Assembly: GCA_951406725.2 (NCBI GenBank)
Contig: OX597825.1
Span: forward strand, 24,614,001 to 24,678,000
Reading direction: 5' to 3'
DNA from: Octopus vulgaris
Lineage: Eukaryota
Length of the DNA: 64,000 nt
The notes beneath the pieces are model-generated. The model was not told the origin of the DNA. It searched no databases and saw nothing but the letters and a program-made list of their open reading frames with translations. The position numbers were made by a program, and so were the translations under genes. Below are positions 1 to 13,290 of this stretch, one piece after another (the first letter of the stretch is position 1; every line of letters starts with the position of its first letter).

Positions 1-220
1 AATTCTAACTGGGACCCGCCTGCAAGGTCATGTGTTGTTTATCTTGATATGAGATCACCATGTCACACACATATGGTTGTGATGCATGTACCTAGTGTAA
101 CCTTATCAGACGGGTAGTCATGATGGTTATACTGGGCTTCATATATTTTTACCCTGGTGTAACTTTGATAGCATACACTGCTGTCTCACTGAATAGTCAT
201 GATAATAATAATAATAATAA
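1..220 (+). mobile_element. 3' part of an (AAT)n-flanked interspersed repeat (same family as 37211-37760)
   Basis: Near-identical to 37570-37760 (aattctaactggg...gatatgagatcaccatgtc...ctcact) and ends in (aat)n. Confidence 0.85.
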
Positions 221-222
221 TT

Positions 223-450
223 TTTTATTTCTTTTCCACCTACAAGGGGCTAAACACAGAGTGGACAAACAAGGACAGACAAATGGATTAAGTCGATTAT
301 ATCGACCCCAGTGCGTAACTAGTACTTAATTTATTGACCCCGGAAGGATGAAAGGCAAAGTCGACCTCGGCGGAATTTGAACTCAGAACATAGCGGCACA
401 TGAAATACCACTAAGCATTACGCCCGGCACGCTAACGTTTCTGCCAGCTC
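223..450 (-). mobile_element. tRNA-derived SINE, family A (central gcctttcatcctttcggggtcgataaa..agtaccag, resembling the Meta/MESC domain)
   Basis: Minus strand reads gagctggcagaaacgttagc (A box) ... gagttcaaattcc (B box), then the central domain; many copies in the window. Confidence 0.85.
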
Positions 451-484
<34 letters not shown>

Positions 485-878
485 TAATAATAATTATAGA
501 TGAAGCACCAACCTCTCATGCCGAAGAGCAATATTTTCTCTCTCTATTGATTCAATTATCTGTGATTGTACAAACTGTGTTTACTGAACACAATACGAAT
601 GTAATGCAAACAGAAATGAAAGTAAGAAAGTCAATGATTTGCTCAACCTTTCTATTGTCAATTGATTCATTCCAGAAATATAGAAATATTATAATTAGAT
701 CTTCGTTTATAAATAATTCCAATATTAATTAATAAGTAAATAAGAGAACATAATCAGATGAAGTGGACTCTGGTGGTGACCCCTGTAAAAGGATCCATCG
801 ACACTATGCCAATTTGATAACAATGTTAACGATGAAAAATCAGTAGCAATTGAAATTCAAGATTAATTATATTTAATT

Positions 879-1186
879 GTGGAGGTACATGGCATAGTGG
901 TTAGAGCAGCGGACTCGAGGTCGAGTGATTGCAGGTTCGAATCTCAGGCCAGGCGATGTGTGTGTTTATGAGCGAAACACCTAAGATCCACGCGGCTCCA
1001 GCAGGAGGTAATGGTGAACTTCTGCTGACTCTTTCGCCACAACTTTCTCTTACTCTTTCCTCCTGCATCTTGCAGCTCACCTGTGACAGACCGGTGTCCC
1101 ACCCTGGTGGGAAACCTATACCCCAAGGAAGCCGGGAAACCGGCCCTTATGAGCCAAGCATGGCTCAAGAAGGAACAAACAACAAC
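879..1186 (+). mobile_element. tRNA-derived SINE, family C (octopus OR-like head)
   Basis: tggcatagtggttag A box, ggttcgaatctc B box, (aac)n tail; related heads at 34088-34245 (+) and 46497-46801 (-). Confidence 0.8.
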
Positions 1187-1819
1187 ATATATTTGATTAA
1201 TCTTCAGACCAATAATAATACTTATCTTACTTTCATTCTGAGATCAAATTCCGCTGAGGTCAACTTTGCCTTTCATCCTTTTGGGGTTGATAAATTAAGT
1301 ACCAGTTACATACTGGGGTTGATCTAATCAATTGGCCTCCCTCCCCAAAAATTTCGGGCCTTGTGCCTAGAGTAGAAAAGAATATTTATCTTTACCTTTT
1401 TAAAATAAATATTTGTCTCCTTGCAGATATATAATGGGGTAGGTAAAGTCTTAATCTTTTACTTTTTCATTCATTGAATTGTAGATGTTGCCATGCTGGA
1501 GCAGCACCTTGAAGGAATTTGGTCAAATAGATTGACCCCAGGACTTATTTTTTTAAATCTGATACTTATTCTATGTCTCCTTTGCCAAACTGCTAAGTTT
1601 TGGTGACATGTGACATAAAGAAACCAACAATGGTTGTCAAGCGATGAAGTGGGGAACAAACAAGGACACAAGGTGTGCACACACACACACACTCACACAC
1701 ACACATAATATATGCCCCCAGCATGACCATAGTTCAATGACCAATACAGGTAAAAGCTAAAAGATATTTATGTCTCACAAGGAGGTAAGGAGCGCCCCTT
1801 AGCATTGATTGGATTTGGT

Positions 1820-2090
1820 TGATGGAGGAAGCAGGTTAAGGAGGGGGGTCGTCATTTTTGAGAAAGCACGTATTCTGCATGAAGAACTTAAGTGTGCTGC
1901 TCGAAAGTACACTGCTGGTGTAGTGAATGGGGAAAGCTTGGTTTGCAATATTTGCAGTCATGTATGCTTGTCGAGAGCAGGGCTCAGTAGACACCAATGG
2001 AGCCGCAAATGCAAAATATTAGTCCTAGAGCACTCAATGTTCCTGAAGGTCAGCAATGGTCTTGCTCAGTCACGAGTGGATGACCATCAT
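1820..2090 (+). mobile_element. 3' fragment of an RTE/BovB-like LINE with C-terminal C2H2-type zinc finger
   Basis: ORF 1809-2135 contains CNICSHVCLSRAGLSRH, followed by a short 3' end running into a simple repeat. Confidence 0.6.
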
Positions 2091-2096
2091 ATATAT

Positions 2097-2097
<1 letters not shown>

Positions 2098-2129
<32 letters not shown>

Positions 2130-2440
2130 GTTTAACATCCGCTTTCCATGTTAGCATGGGTTGGACGGTTCAACTGGGATCTGGGATGCCAGAAGGCTGC
2201 ACCAGGCTCAGTCTGATCTGGCAGTGTTTCTACAGCTGGATGCCCTTCCTGACACCAACCACTCCGTGAGTGTAATGGGTGCTTTTTACGTGCCACCAGC
2301 ACAGGTGCCAGACAAGGCTGGCAAACGGCCACGATCGGATGGTACTTTTTATGTGCCACCGGCACGGAGACCAGACGAAGCTGGCAACGGCCACAGTCGG
2401 ATGGTACTTTTATGTGCCACCGGCACGGAAGCCAGTCAGG
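2098..2440 (-). mobile_element. SINE/non-autonomous element sharing the RTE LINE 3' tail (family D)
   Basis: Same tail as the LINE at 8853-9715 (aggaagggcatccagc..catgctagcatggaaagcggacgttaaac(gat)n); internal ~60-bp tandem repeat at 2340-2430; further copies at 3455-3880 and 16265-16465. Confidence 0.8.
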
Positions 2441-2545
2441 GCGTGTGTGTGTATATCATCATCGTCATTATTTTATACATGTATGTCTATGTCTGTCTGT
2501 GTGTCTGTGTATATTGCATATGTCTGTGTAGATATATATATAATT

Positions 2546-2688
2546 ATTAAGTTGGAAAATGGAGATTCAATAGATACAAATTAATTTATTAATTAACATC
2601 TTGGATGTGAAATTAAACAATTGTAGATGAAGATGTTAATTAATGAATTAATTTATATCCATTGGATCTCTCCATTTTCAAACTTAAT
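2546..2688. repeat. AT-rich fold-back (inverted repeat) next to (TA)n, probably a Penelope-like terminus
   Basis: attaagttggaaaatggaga...attaacatctt pairs with aagatgttaatt...tctccattttcaaacttaat; the gaaaatggaga motif recurs near 12472 and 62700. Confidence 0.6.
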
Positions 2689-5428
2689 TATAATATTTGA
2701 TATTTTATGATATTTTATATAATATATTCATTGAAGAAATATCTCTTCAAAATACAATATATTAAGCCAGTATATCTTGGATAAAAATATCACGATAAGA
2801 GGTCTAAATATCTTCATAGTGATTATATACACACACACACAAACACACACACCCAAGAGGCTTCTTTCAGTTTCCATCTTTCCATCTACTAAATCCAATC
2901 AATGCTAAGAGGCACGCCTTACCTCCTTGTGAGCCATAAATATCCCTTGCCAAGTATTAACACACTATTTCAATATCCTCTTCCAAGTTTAAAACTGAGC
3001 ATGTCAATGATTTTGCTGGTGATCTGTAACCCTGGGTAGGATGGTATATATAACCATATAACCAGGTATTGTCAGCCAGAAGCACTGAGCCTGAGACTCT
3101 CACATACTCATCATTCCCAGAAACAACTCTTTTTAATTTTGGCACAAGGCCATCAATTTTGAGGGAAGTGGGGAAGTCCTTACATCAACTCCAGTCCTCA
3201 ACTGGTATTTATTTTATCAACCCTGGAAGGATAAAAGGTAAAGTCGACCGTGGCAGAATTTGAACACATGATGTTAAGAACTAGAAGAAATTTTACCAAC
3301 TGGCCATCTTCACTCAACAGAAGTAATGACTGAAGTCACTAATCACAGCTAATACTTGTCAACCATGTTATTAAAGATTCATCGTTAATTTCTTAAGTGT
3401 GAAGCAGAAGTCATTGACATTGCAGATGATGTCTCGGATGTCATTTACGCTGATCATCATCATCATCATCATCGTCATCATCATCATCATCATCATCCTC
3501 ATCGTTTAACGTCCACTTTCCATGCTAGCATGGGTTGGACGACTTGACTGAGGTCTGGCAAGCCAGATGGCTTCACCAGGCTCCAATCTGATCTGGCTGA
3601 GTTTCTACAGCTGGGTGCCCTTCCTAACGCCAACCACTCAAAGAGTGTAGTGGGTGCTTTTACGTGCCACTGGCACGAGGGCCATTCAGGTAGTACTGGC
3701 AACGGCCTTGCTCAAATGGTGTTTTTTATGTGCCACCTGCACAGGAACCAGTCCAGTGGCACTGGCAACGACCTCGCTCGAATGTTTTTCACATGCCACC
3801 AGCACAAGTGCTAGTAAGGTGATGCAGGTAATGATCATGCCCAAATCATGTTTTTAACATGCCATTGGCATGAGGCCAGCTGATGGTTGTGAATATACAT
3901 CATCATCATACAAACAGCATAGTTTATTTTTAATCTTCCACAGAGTAAAAGGTTTGGCCATGGGGAAATATTACCTTGCTAGGAAATGGGCAAGGATTAG
4001 TGACAGGAAGAGCACCCGCCTGTAAAACAATCTGCCTCAAGAAATTCCATTTGACTCATGCAAGAATGGAAAAGTGGACATTAAACGATGGTGATGATGG
4101 TGATGGTGATGGCAATGTTCACAGCATACACACATATAATCGTTAGATATATGCAAATTAAGTGAAAAATTAAGTGAAAAAGTGAAGGCACATGGCTCGG
4201 TGGTTAGGGCATCAGGCTCACAATCATGAGGTAGTGAGTTCGATTCCTGGATCAGGTTGTGTGTTGTGTTCTTGAGTAAGGGACTATTTCATGTTCCTCC
4301 AGTTCACTCAACTGTAGAAATGAGTTGCAACATCACTGGTGTCAAGTGGTATCAGCCCCTTTGCCTTTCCCTTGGATAACACCGGTGGCATGAAGAAGGG
4401 AGACTGGTATGCATGGGTGACTACTGGTCTTCCATAAACAACCTTGCTCAGACTTGTGGCACAGAGGGGAATTTTCTAGGTGCAATCCCATGGTCACTCA
4501 TGGCCAAAGTGGGTGTTTAGCTTAATGTGGAAAATAACATCAAGAGGCAGAGGTCAGATGTCAAAGGACACAAAGAGCAACTCACACCACTTCGTCCCCC
4601 CACCCCATGCAATAAATCCCCACCCCCTCCGGCTCTTCTAAACCACCCTTGGCTTGAACAGCTACGTCAGGCACTGCCACCCTTCGCACCAATCAGGATG
4701 AAGAAGCTCAATCACCTGCTACAGATCAACTACTTAGATGTTAGTTAATGCTGCCGATGATTACGAAATGCAATTATTCTTGTGAAAATATATCATTAGA
4801 TATGTTATACAAATCATGAGCGCATAATTCATCTATATGCGTTTATATAAATAAGTTATACAATTTGCTCTCTCTACAGTTACGTAATTCAAGAGATATA
4901 TCTACAGAGCTGACCATTAAGGAAAAACAAATGACAAAACCTAGCCTTCATATACTCATTAAATAAATTCTCATTTCTAGTGCATCAACCTTTACATATG
5001 TAACAACTAACAAACTACCCCATGTCATTAGTGATAACATCTTCCAGCACAGTCATCCAATTAGCTAACCGATTAATGAACTACTACCAAATATTTCAAT
5101 CAGACTACTGCTTTCGGCATTGCAGTAATTTTACTTGACTTCATTATATTTAATTGCTGTTACTTACAAATTAAGATAAATCTCTATATTCAACTTTTAG
5201 TTTGCCAACTTGAAAATAAAGAAGGCTCTTTGTCTCCCCTATTCATCTTGGCACTATCATAAGATTTTGCCAAGCTCATCTCTCTGTTTTAGCATGGTTT
5301 CTATGCCTGGATACCCTTCCTAATACCAACATCTTTACAGAATAGACTGAGGGATTTTTATGTGGCACCAGCAGCAGTGAGGTTACACAATAATTTACAA
5401 GACCATTAGAAGAATGGGAGAGTTGTAA

Positions 5429-5525
<97 letters not shown>

Positions 5526-5558
5526 GTCTATCCATCTATCTACTACCTACCTACCTAC

Positions 5559-5607
<49 letters not shown>

Positions 5608-5630
5608 CATCTATCCATCTATCTGTCTAT
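5429..5630. repeat. (TATC)n tetranucleotide microsatellite
   Basis: Direct reading. Confidence 0.95.
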
Positions 5631-5701
5631 CCTGAGCGTCCAATAACACTATACTTGTTCCACATCCCCACATTGTTGTGTTTTCATGTTTGGATTAACT
5701 T

Positions 5702-5737
<36 letters not shown>

Positions 5738-6009
5738 AATGCACTTTTGCACAATGCAGTGAGAATGAATTCTGAGTAACCATTAACTTAATTTACTTTA
5801 AGGTATGTATGACTTAAGTTTACTTTTAACCTCCCCATTCTTATAAACACCAAGTAAATAACTAACTTGCTTTGTGATCATAAGTGCACCAAACCTCACA
5901 TGTCCGTATGCTCACATTTTTGCAGATGCTTGTATGGGCGAGTGTACTCACACCATGCAGCTTGCCCAAGGGTGTTTATACATCCATATCTGTTACTCTC
6001 TCTTTTCTC

Positions 6010-6228
6010 TTTTTACTTGTTTCAGTCATTTGACTGCGGCCATGCTGCAGCACCACCTTTAGTCGAGAAAATCGACCCCGGGACTTATTCTTTGTAAGCC
6101 CAGTACTTATTCTATCGGTCTCTTTGTGCCAAACCGCTAAGTGACGGGGACGTAAACACACCAGCATCGGTTGTCAAGCGATGGTGGGGGGGACAAACAC
6201 AGATACACAAACATATACACACACATAG

Positions 6229-6259
<31 letters not shown>

Positions 6260-6425
6260 TACGACAGGCTTCTTTCAGTTTCCGTCTACCAAATCCACTC
6301 ACAAGGCATTGGTCGGCCCAAGGCTATAGCAGAAGACACTTGCCCAAGATGTCACGCTGTGGGACTGAACCCGGAACCATGTGGTTGGTAAGCAAGCTAC
6401 TTACCATACAGCCACTCCTGCGCCT
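6010..6425 (-). mobile_element. Full-length tRNA-derived SINE, family B (CORE-like cttgggcaagtgtctt) with internal (TA)/(CA) microsatellite
   Basis: Minus strand ggcgcaggagtggctgtatggtaag ... gggttcagtccc ... gactgaaacaagtaaaa; other copies at 24395-24665, 44905-45125, 47985-48275 and 54365-54740. Confidence 0.85.
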
Positions 6426-6611
6426 ATATGTTAACGGATATTTTTAATACTTTTCTCACTGGATTGCATGTTCGTGTCTCTTTTTGCTATCACTGATTTC
6501 ATTTTTGATCTTCTGTATAAATGAAGACTTTTCCTCCATCTGACTGCTTTTCTCTCTACAAAATGGAAAGTTACATTGTGGAACAGTCATTTTAATGAAT
6601 TGTATTTATTT

Positions 6612-6717
6612 ATCACCGGATGAGATACATCTGCACCACTGGATACTCCTGAATCAGTTGTTGAGTGTCCCACCCAAAAGGAATCAATGCTAGATGTGTT
6701 GAAACTATTTTTGTGGT
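6612..6717 (+). ncRNA. Degenerate type-I hammerhead ribozyme motif
   Basis: atcac-CGGATGA-gatacatct...agatgtgtt-GAAA-ctattt-tt-gtggt; helices I and II pair, core U4 and helix III are mutated. Confidence 0.6.
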
Positions 6718-6946
6718 TAACAATAAGTTCTCATATATTCCATCTTGTATCTTTCGTTTACTATATATATATACATATATATATATATATACACACACAT
6801 ATACACATGTTTGTGTCTATATATAGATATAAGAATCAAACGTTGCACAAAAGGATGACAAAGGAACACATATAGTAGACATGGACATGCTCATCTGCCA
6901 TCAGTTATCCAAAAATTCTCTCAATTCCACACCATTATCGATACAT

Positions 6947-6987
<41 letters not shown>

Positions 6988-7009
6988 TCATCATCATCAT
7001 CATCATCGT

Positions 7010-7108
<99 letters not shown>

Positions 7109-7109
7109 A

Positions 7110-7143
<34 letters not shown>

Positions 7144-7221
7144 GTGTGTGTGTGTATATATATATACACACACACACACATACACAGAAGAGAGAAGAGA
7201 GAGAGAGGGAACGAAAGAGAA

Positions 7222-7287
<66 letters not shown>

Positions 7288-7639
7288 GTGTGTGTGTGTG
7301 TGTGTGTGTGTATGGAATATAGTGGGAGTACCCACTGTCATCACAACTATGACCAGTACCAGTTCTTCAATCACTCAGTCACATCAATATTCATTTACAG
7401 TAATTGAAATCATAATTAGATCTTGTGATCTAGAAATAGCATACCAAAATTTCTTTCCATTTATTTTATTTATTTATTTATCTATTTATTTATTTATTTA
7501 TTTTGTTTTATTTTCCTATCAAAACATAACGAACATTTTGCATGTAGAAAGGTGTCAATGACCACAATCTACATTCAAACCAATTAAAGCTGAAATGGAA
7601 ACTGTAAATAATTTCAAATATAAAGTAATCGGGCAAAAG

Positions 7640-8330
7640 TTGCAAGCCGGCAGAATGGTTAGCATACTGGGCAAAGTGCTCAGTGGAATTCCATCTGTCT
7701 TTACCTCCTGAGTTCAAATTCCACCAATGTCACCTTTGCCTTTCATCCTTTCTAGGTCAGTAAAGTAAGTACCAGTAGAACACTGGGGTTGATGTTATTG
7801 TTTGAGCCCATTCCCCCGAAATTACTGGCCTTGTGACAAAAAATTTGAAACCAAAGACGGTAAGCTGGCAGAATTGTTAGCATACCAGGCGAAATGCTTA
7901 GCAGCATTTTGTCTGTCCTTATGTTCTGAGTTCAAATTCTGCCAAGGTCGACTTTGCTTTTCATCCTTTCAGAGTCGATTGAATAAGTACCAGTTACAAA
8001 CTGGGATTGATGTAATCGACTTAATTTCTTCCCTTAAATTTGAGGCCTTGTGCTTCCAGTAAAAACGATGATTATTATCAATACAGTTATGATTACTATT
8101 ATTATTATTATTAATTGGTGAGCTGGTAGAGCCGTGAGCACGCTGAACAAAATGCTTGATGGCATTTCGTCTGAATTTACAATCTGAGTTCAAATCCCAC
8201 CAGGGTTAACTTCGCTTTCCATCCGTTACAGAATTGATAAAATAAATACCCGCTGAGCTATGGGGATCGATTTAATCATCTTACCCCCTCTCTCAATATT
8301 TGCTGGCCTTGAGCCAAAATTTGAAACCAA
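7640..8330 (+). mobile_element. Cluster of three same-orientation family A SINE copies
   Basis: Three successive head + gagttcaaatt + central domain + ggccttg..aaaatttgaaacc units. Confidence 0.8.
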
Positions 8331-8852
8331 ATAAAATGTAATCCAGTCAAATGCAGAAGCAGTATGATTTCAACCAATAACCATCCTTCTGTTGTTGTCT
8401 GCTAAATTTCAGTCAATTATCCAATTTCATATATTTATCATTCCATTGATTATCATTGATTAGCAGACTGTCATAAAAGCTTTTGCTGAAATTAAACTAT
8501 GTTTAAGTATGTAGACTATGTAGACATCTCTCTCACCCCACCTTTCTCTCACCCTTCTCTCTCTCTCCCTCTCATTCACTCTTTCTCTCTCACTAAGTAC
8601 ACACACACACACATGCACACACACACATATATATACACATAAGTGTGTGAGTGGAGTGTGACAGATGGTTAGAGATGGAAGGTAGAAGTCAATGTAGTGA
8701 GGGGTGGACATGGATGGAGATGTGGTTGATGATAAATATAAGTATGGAAGGGGGAATGTGCAAGAGATAGAAGTGACTCAAGAAGACCTACATACATATA
8801 CTTATATGCACGCACATTTACATATGTATGCATATATGTATATATCTACATA

Positions 8853-9715
8853 TGGGCAAAGTTCAGAAAGCTCCTACCCCTACTGGCAACAAAAGGTCTC
8901 TCCCTCAGAGCAAAAGGTAGATTGTATGATGCATGTGTGCGAACTGCCATGCTTCACGGTAATGAAACATGGGCTGTGACTGCAGAAGACATGCGTAGAC
9001 TTGAAAGAAATGAAGCTAGCATGATCCGCTGGATGTGTAGTGTCAGTGTGCACGCAAAACAGAGTGTAAGTATCCTGAGAGAAATGCTGGATATAAGAAG
9101 CATCAGATGTGGTGTGCAAGAGCGACGCTTGCGATGGTATGGTCATGTGCTGCGGATGGATGAAGAGAGATGTGTGAAGAAGTGCCACTCCCAAACAGTT
9201 GAAGGTATCAGGGGGAGAGGTAGACCCAGGAAGACATGGGATGAGGTGGTCAAGCATGACCTCAGAGCATTGGGCCTCACTGAGGCAATGGCGAAGGACC
9301 GAGATCTCTGGAGATATGCTGTGACTACAAAGACCCGGGCTGCTTTCTGCAGCAATTCCACATACCCCCTACCCATTCTAAGTACCCCGGATCCCCAAAG
9401 TACCCTGGATCCCCAAAGTACCCCGATCCCCAAAGTACCCCGGACCTCGTTGCCCCCATGCTGCTGACACGTTAAAATGCTCGAACCGATCGTGACGATG
9501 CCAGACGCTCCGGCCCCTGTGCAGGTGGCACGTAAAAAGCACCCAATCCACTCACGGAGTGGTTGGCGTTAGGAAGGGCATCCAGCCGTAGAAACTCTGC
9601 CAGATTCAGACTGGAGCCTGGAGTGGCCCCTTGCTTCCCAGACCCGGTCGAACCGTCCAACCCGTGCTAGCGCGGAAAGCGGACGTTAAACGATGATGAT
9701 GATGATGATGATGAT
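8853..9715 (+). mobile_element. 5'-truncated RTE-clade LINE (C-terminal end of the RT ORF, 3' UTR, (GAT)n tail)
   Basis: Open frame WAKFRKLLPLL..YDACVRTAMLHGNETW..RLRWYGHVLRM..GRGRPRKTW..DRDLWR; 17-18-bp tandem repeat at 9380-9444; tail ggacgttaaac(gat)n. Confidence 0.9.
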
Positions 9716-9905
9716 ATGAGATCACCATGTCGTGAACATATGGTTATGATGCATGTGCCTGGTGTACCCTAATCAGATGGGTAGTCTTGATGGGTATACT
9801 GGGCTTCATATATTTTACCCCAGTGTCACTTTCATCACACGCACTGCTCTCTCACTCAGCAACAACAACAACAACAATAATAATAATTATAATAATAATA
9901 ATAAT
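9712..9905 (+). mobile_element. 3' fragment of the (AAT)n-flanked repeat family
   Basis: gatatgagatcaccatg...ctctcactca then (aac/aat)n. Confidence 0.8.
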
Positions 9906-10288
9906 GAATATTGTCTATGTAATTCCCAAAACTTCTTAATCTGTGAACATTATCAAAAGTACTTTTAAATGTTAGAGCAAGCAAATACTTTTTACTGCCA
10001 TCTTATGATCACACTAGCATCTTATCATCGAATTACTTTTAAAACAATCTTTCAATTTTCCTATGATTTGACAGATGCTCACTAGAACAATACTCTGTGC
10101 AAAAACCAAAAATATGGTACCCAAGACATAACACCACCTTGAACTTGAGATCTCTGGGTGAGACTTGGAGTCATCTTGAAGAAATACAAAACAAAAGTCA
10201 AACATACTAATAATGAAATATAAAACTTACATTATTAGAAATATTGAATTTCTAAATGTCTCAAAGAGACATGAATGGTAGTGGAGCG

Positions 10289-10618
10289 ATAGAGTGGTTG
10301 TATACTGTCAACTTAACGTGACAGTCCCATAAATGGAATTACACCACCGCTATTTAGCCCTAGGAAGCATCGACGCTTCCTGTCAGCTTTGACACTTTTC
10401 CTACCCTGGTCTGATGATGGGCAAGACCCAGAAATATGCATGTCTTCAGGTGCTAATCCTAGCTGGTGAGGGTGCTTGCCTCCCCTTTGCAAATATAAGG
10501 ACACAGGAAATGTGACAAAGCCAACAGGAAGCGTTGATGCTTCCTAGGGCTATATTGCGGTGGTGTAATTCCCTTTACAGGACTGTCACGTTATGTTGAC
10601 AGTATACAACCACTCTAT
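10289..10618 (+). mobile_element. 330-bp fold-back element with ~113-bp terminal inverted repeats around a hammerhead motif
   Basis: 10289-10402 is the reverse complement of 10505-10618 with scattered mismatches; the spacer carries CTGATGA..GAAA..GTC. Confidence 0.85.
10405..10450 (+). ncRNA. Type-I hammerhead ribozyme motif
   Basis: cctggt-CTGATGA-tggg caaga ccca-GAAA-tatgcatg-TC-ttcagg; intact core, perfect helix II, near-palindromic helix III, GUC site, imperfect helix I. Confidence 0.75.
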
Positions 10619-11469
10619 AAAACTTACAGTTTGTTGGTAATTTTGATTGAAATATTCATATTTCATTGTTTGTAAGTAATTCTGTTGATATTTCTTTATC
10701 ATATTAGTTCTCTTCTGGAAACTTCTCTCTCTTAAGAGAATATAGCCACATATCTTACTCCACACACAAGAAAAAAAAAATGTGATTTAAATCATATTTT
10801 CGGAACAGAGGAGAAGAGTTCATTCCTAATCTTATCATAATATCTCATCTAGAATTAGAAAGGATTAGAGATACACATTCAGTCTAAAATAAAAACATAT
10901 CAACAAAGGTGAATGAAAAATGTGCATTGAAGCTCATGGAATAAATGGTAAAATAGGAATTGGAATTGAAAGGAAATGGTGAGTAAAAGAGAAAGAATAT
11001 TTTCTTTAAAACTTAACATGCTATGAAAATGGCTATGAAGATATTCCATTTGCTATTTAAATCAAAGAATAGTGTGCATTAATGAGCTTTTTATTTCCAA
11101 GAAAAATCCTCACTTTAGGAACGAATTTAGTCTCTATTGCTGCCATTTACCTAATTCTTATTAATATTAATCTTTCAACTTGCACATAAAATCCTAACAT
11201 CTGATAAGAGTTCTACTTTAATGTTCCAACAATTATTATATTCTTATTCTTTATGGTCATATTTTTCCTCCTAAAAGACAATAACTATTTCTTTTTCCTA
11301 TAATATGTTTCTATTCTCCTTCTTCTTAGATTGTCCTATTTTCTGATTTAGTTAATCTCCTTTGATGTTTTCTACCTGTCTTCCTTAATTTTCCATTAAT
11401 CTCCTTCTCTCTCACTGTCTCTGCCTCACTCATATGCTCATATGCATACTTACTTTACATTATTATATA

Positions 11470-11604
<135 letters not shown>

Positions 11605-11647
11605 ATACATATATCAACACATATATGTGTGTGTATGTGTGTATATA

Positions 11648-11704
<57 letters not shown>

Positions 11705-11707
<3 letters not shown>

Positions 11708-12000
11708 GGACTCTTCTTTTGAAGAAGATGTATGAGCTTTCAACTTTTGCTGAATGATCTGCGCAAATGATTTGTTTATAGTGATCAAATGTTCGTGTCA
11801 CACATTAGCTCACTCTCTCCATCAAATCAACATTGTCGTAACAGGTGCACGGTGTGCCACACATCAGGGGTTGAAGTGATTGCAGAGCAATGTGAGATGG
11901 TATGTTTTGCTCAAGAACACAACACACCATCTGGTCTAGGGATTGAAATCACAATTGCTAGATCATGAGGACAACACCCTAACCGCTAAGCCAAGCACCC
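11705..12000 (-). mobile_element. Degenerate tRNA-derived SINE (related copy at 28142-28432 +)
   Basis: Minus strand tggcttagcggttagggtgttg...gatttcaatccc head; body matches 28142-28432. Confidence 0.7.
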
Positions 12001-12019
12001 ATGTGTATATATATATGTT

Positions 12020-12440
12020 GTTATTGGCATCCTTTTGTCTCAGGAGACAATAGAGTTGCGCATAAACTAATCCAGTATGGTTTTTATATTTCATGTCCTC
12101 TCCAGTTTCCTCTCCAGTCTTGCACAGGCCTGGGCTAGATGTAAGAAAATCTTGGGTAGCCCAATCGTCAGGATTCCTCTCTCAACCTTGCTGACATAGT
12201 CCAAAGGAGTGCAGAGCATTATGTTTGGCACCAGCTTGGTTGCAAGAGCTGTCAGAAGAGTGTCGAGTCAAGAACTAAACCACCTACGGGGCTCCACTCC
12301 GGATTTCTTTGAAGGTTGTCTCCTTTTCGTAACCCTAGATAGGGGCTGATACCAGGTACTGTCAACCAGAGCCTGATGAGACAAGGACTCCTGTCAGACA
12401 GGGTCGTCACTCCCTGAAGTAGTGAAGAAAATCGCTACCC
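12020..12440 (-). mobile_element. Non-autonomous RTE-related element (RTE 5'-region-like motif)
   Basis: Minus strand aaatccggagtggagccccgtaggtgg motif resembles RTE 5' regions; ends in (aac)n; flanked by (TA)n. Confidence 0.45.
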
Positions 12441-12622
12441 ACATATATATATATATATATAATACAAATAAGAAAATGGAGAAACAATTTAGTTGGTTCA
12501 TCAGCTTTCGGATATTAGAGTGTTGACTTATTTATTTATTTAACAAAAACGAGAACCTTAATAACATACATGATAAATATTATCCTTTAATGGTTTGGAT
12601 CCATAACCCTTAACTTACTTGG

Positions 12623-12666
<44 letters not shown>

Positions 12667-12945
12667 CTTAACTTAATCCCCTACTTGTTTCATTTCATCA
12701 TCTTCACACCAACCACAAACCAGATGTGTCTATTCACCTCCAACAGTAGAGAGCAGTCACCATATTTCATTCCATATCAGCTAACTCTAATGAATGCAGG
12801 GTTAAATAATTGGACTGTTACCTAACACTATTGAATCCCTAGTGCGAAACCAATTCTTAAGATCAGCTATAATGGATACATAATACTGTACACTTCAGAT
12901 AATATTGGCTGCAGTCAAATGACTGAAACAAATAAACGATTAAAA

Positions 12946-12983
<38 letters not shown>

Positions 12984-12985
<2 letters not shown>

Positions 12986-13290
12986 TAGCAGTATCGCCCG
13001 ACGTTGCTCGAGTTTGTAAGAGAAATAACTATATAAGCATTTTTAGAGAGTTACTTCCCTTATATAAACCAAGCAAAAAATGCATTAAAAACGCGGAAAA
13101 ATGATGGTAAATTTTCTTTTAAATCGTAGACTCATTGTAGACACGCACTAATACCCAGAAGGGCTCGATATGAATCATGACTATAAGATACCTGCTTTTG
13201 GTTAAACTGCACCACAAAATGTGGGAGTAGTTAAGAATCTAAATCGGAGTAGACAGACACACACACAACTTCAGTTTTATATATAAAGAT
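12984..13290 (+). mobile_element. Non-autonomous Helitron/Helentron-like element
   Basis: Starts actagcagtatcgcccgacgttgctcg (hairpin), ends gacagac(ac)n...ttttatatataaagat; same termini in reverse at 22190-22582. Confidence 0.65.

Noticed and set aside
4527-4748. 73-aa ORF with non-repetitive sequence
   Set aside because: GTG start, no convincing splice sites or recognisable domain
12368-12415. gagc-CTGATGA-gacaagga/tcctgtc..gtc-actc hammerhead-like fold
   Set aside because: GAAA core missing and helix III not palindromic; left as unproven
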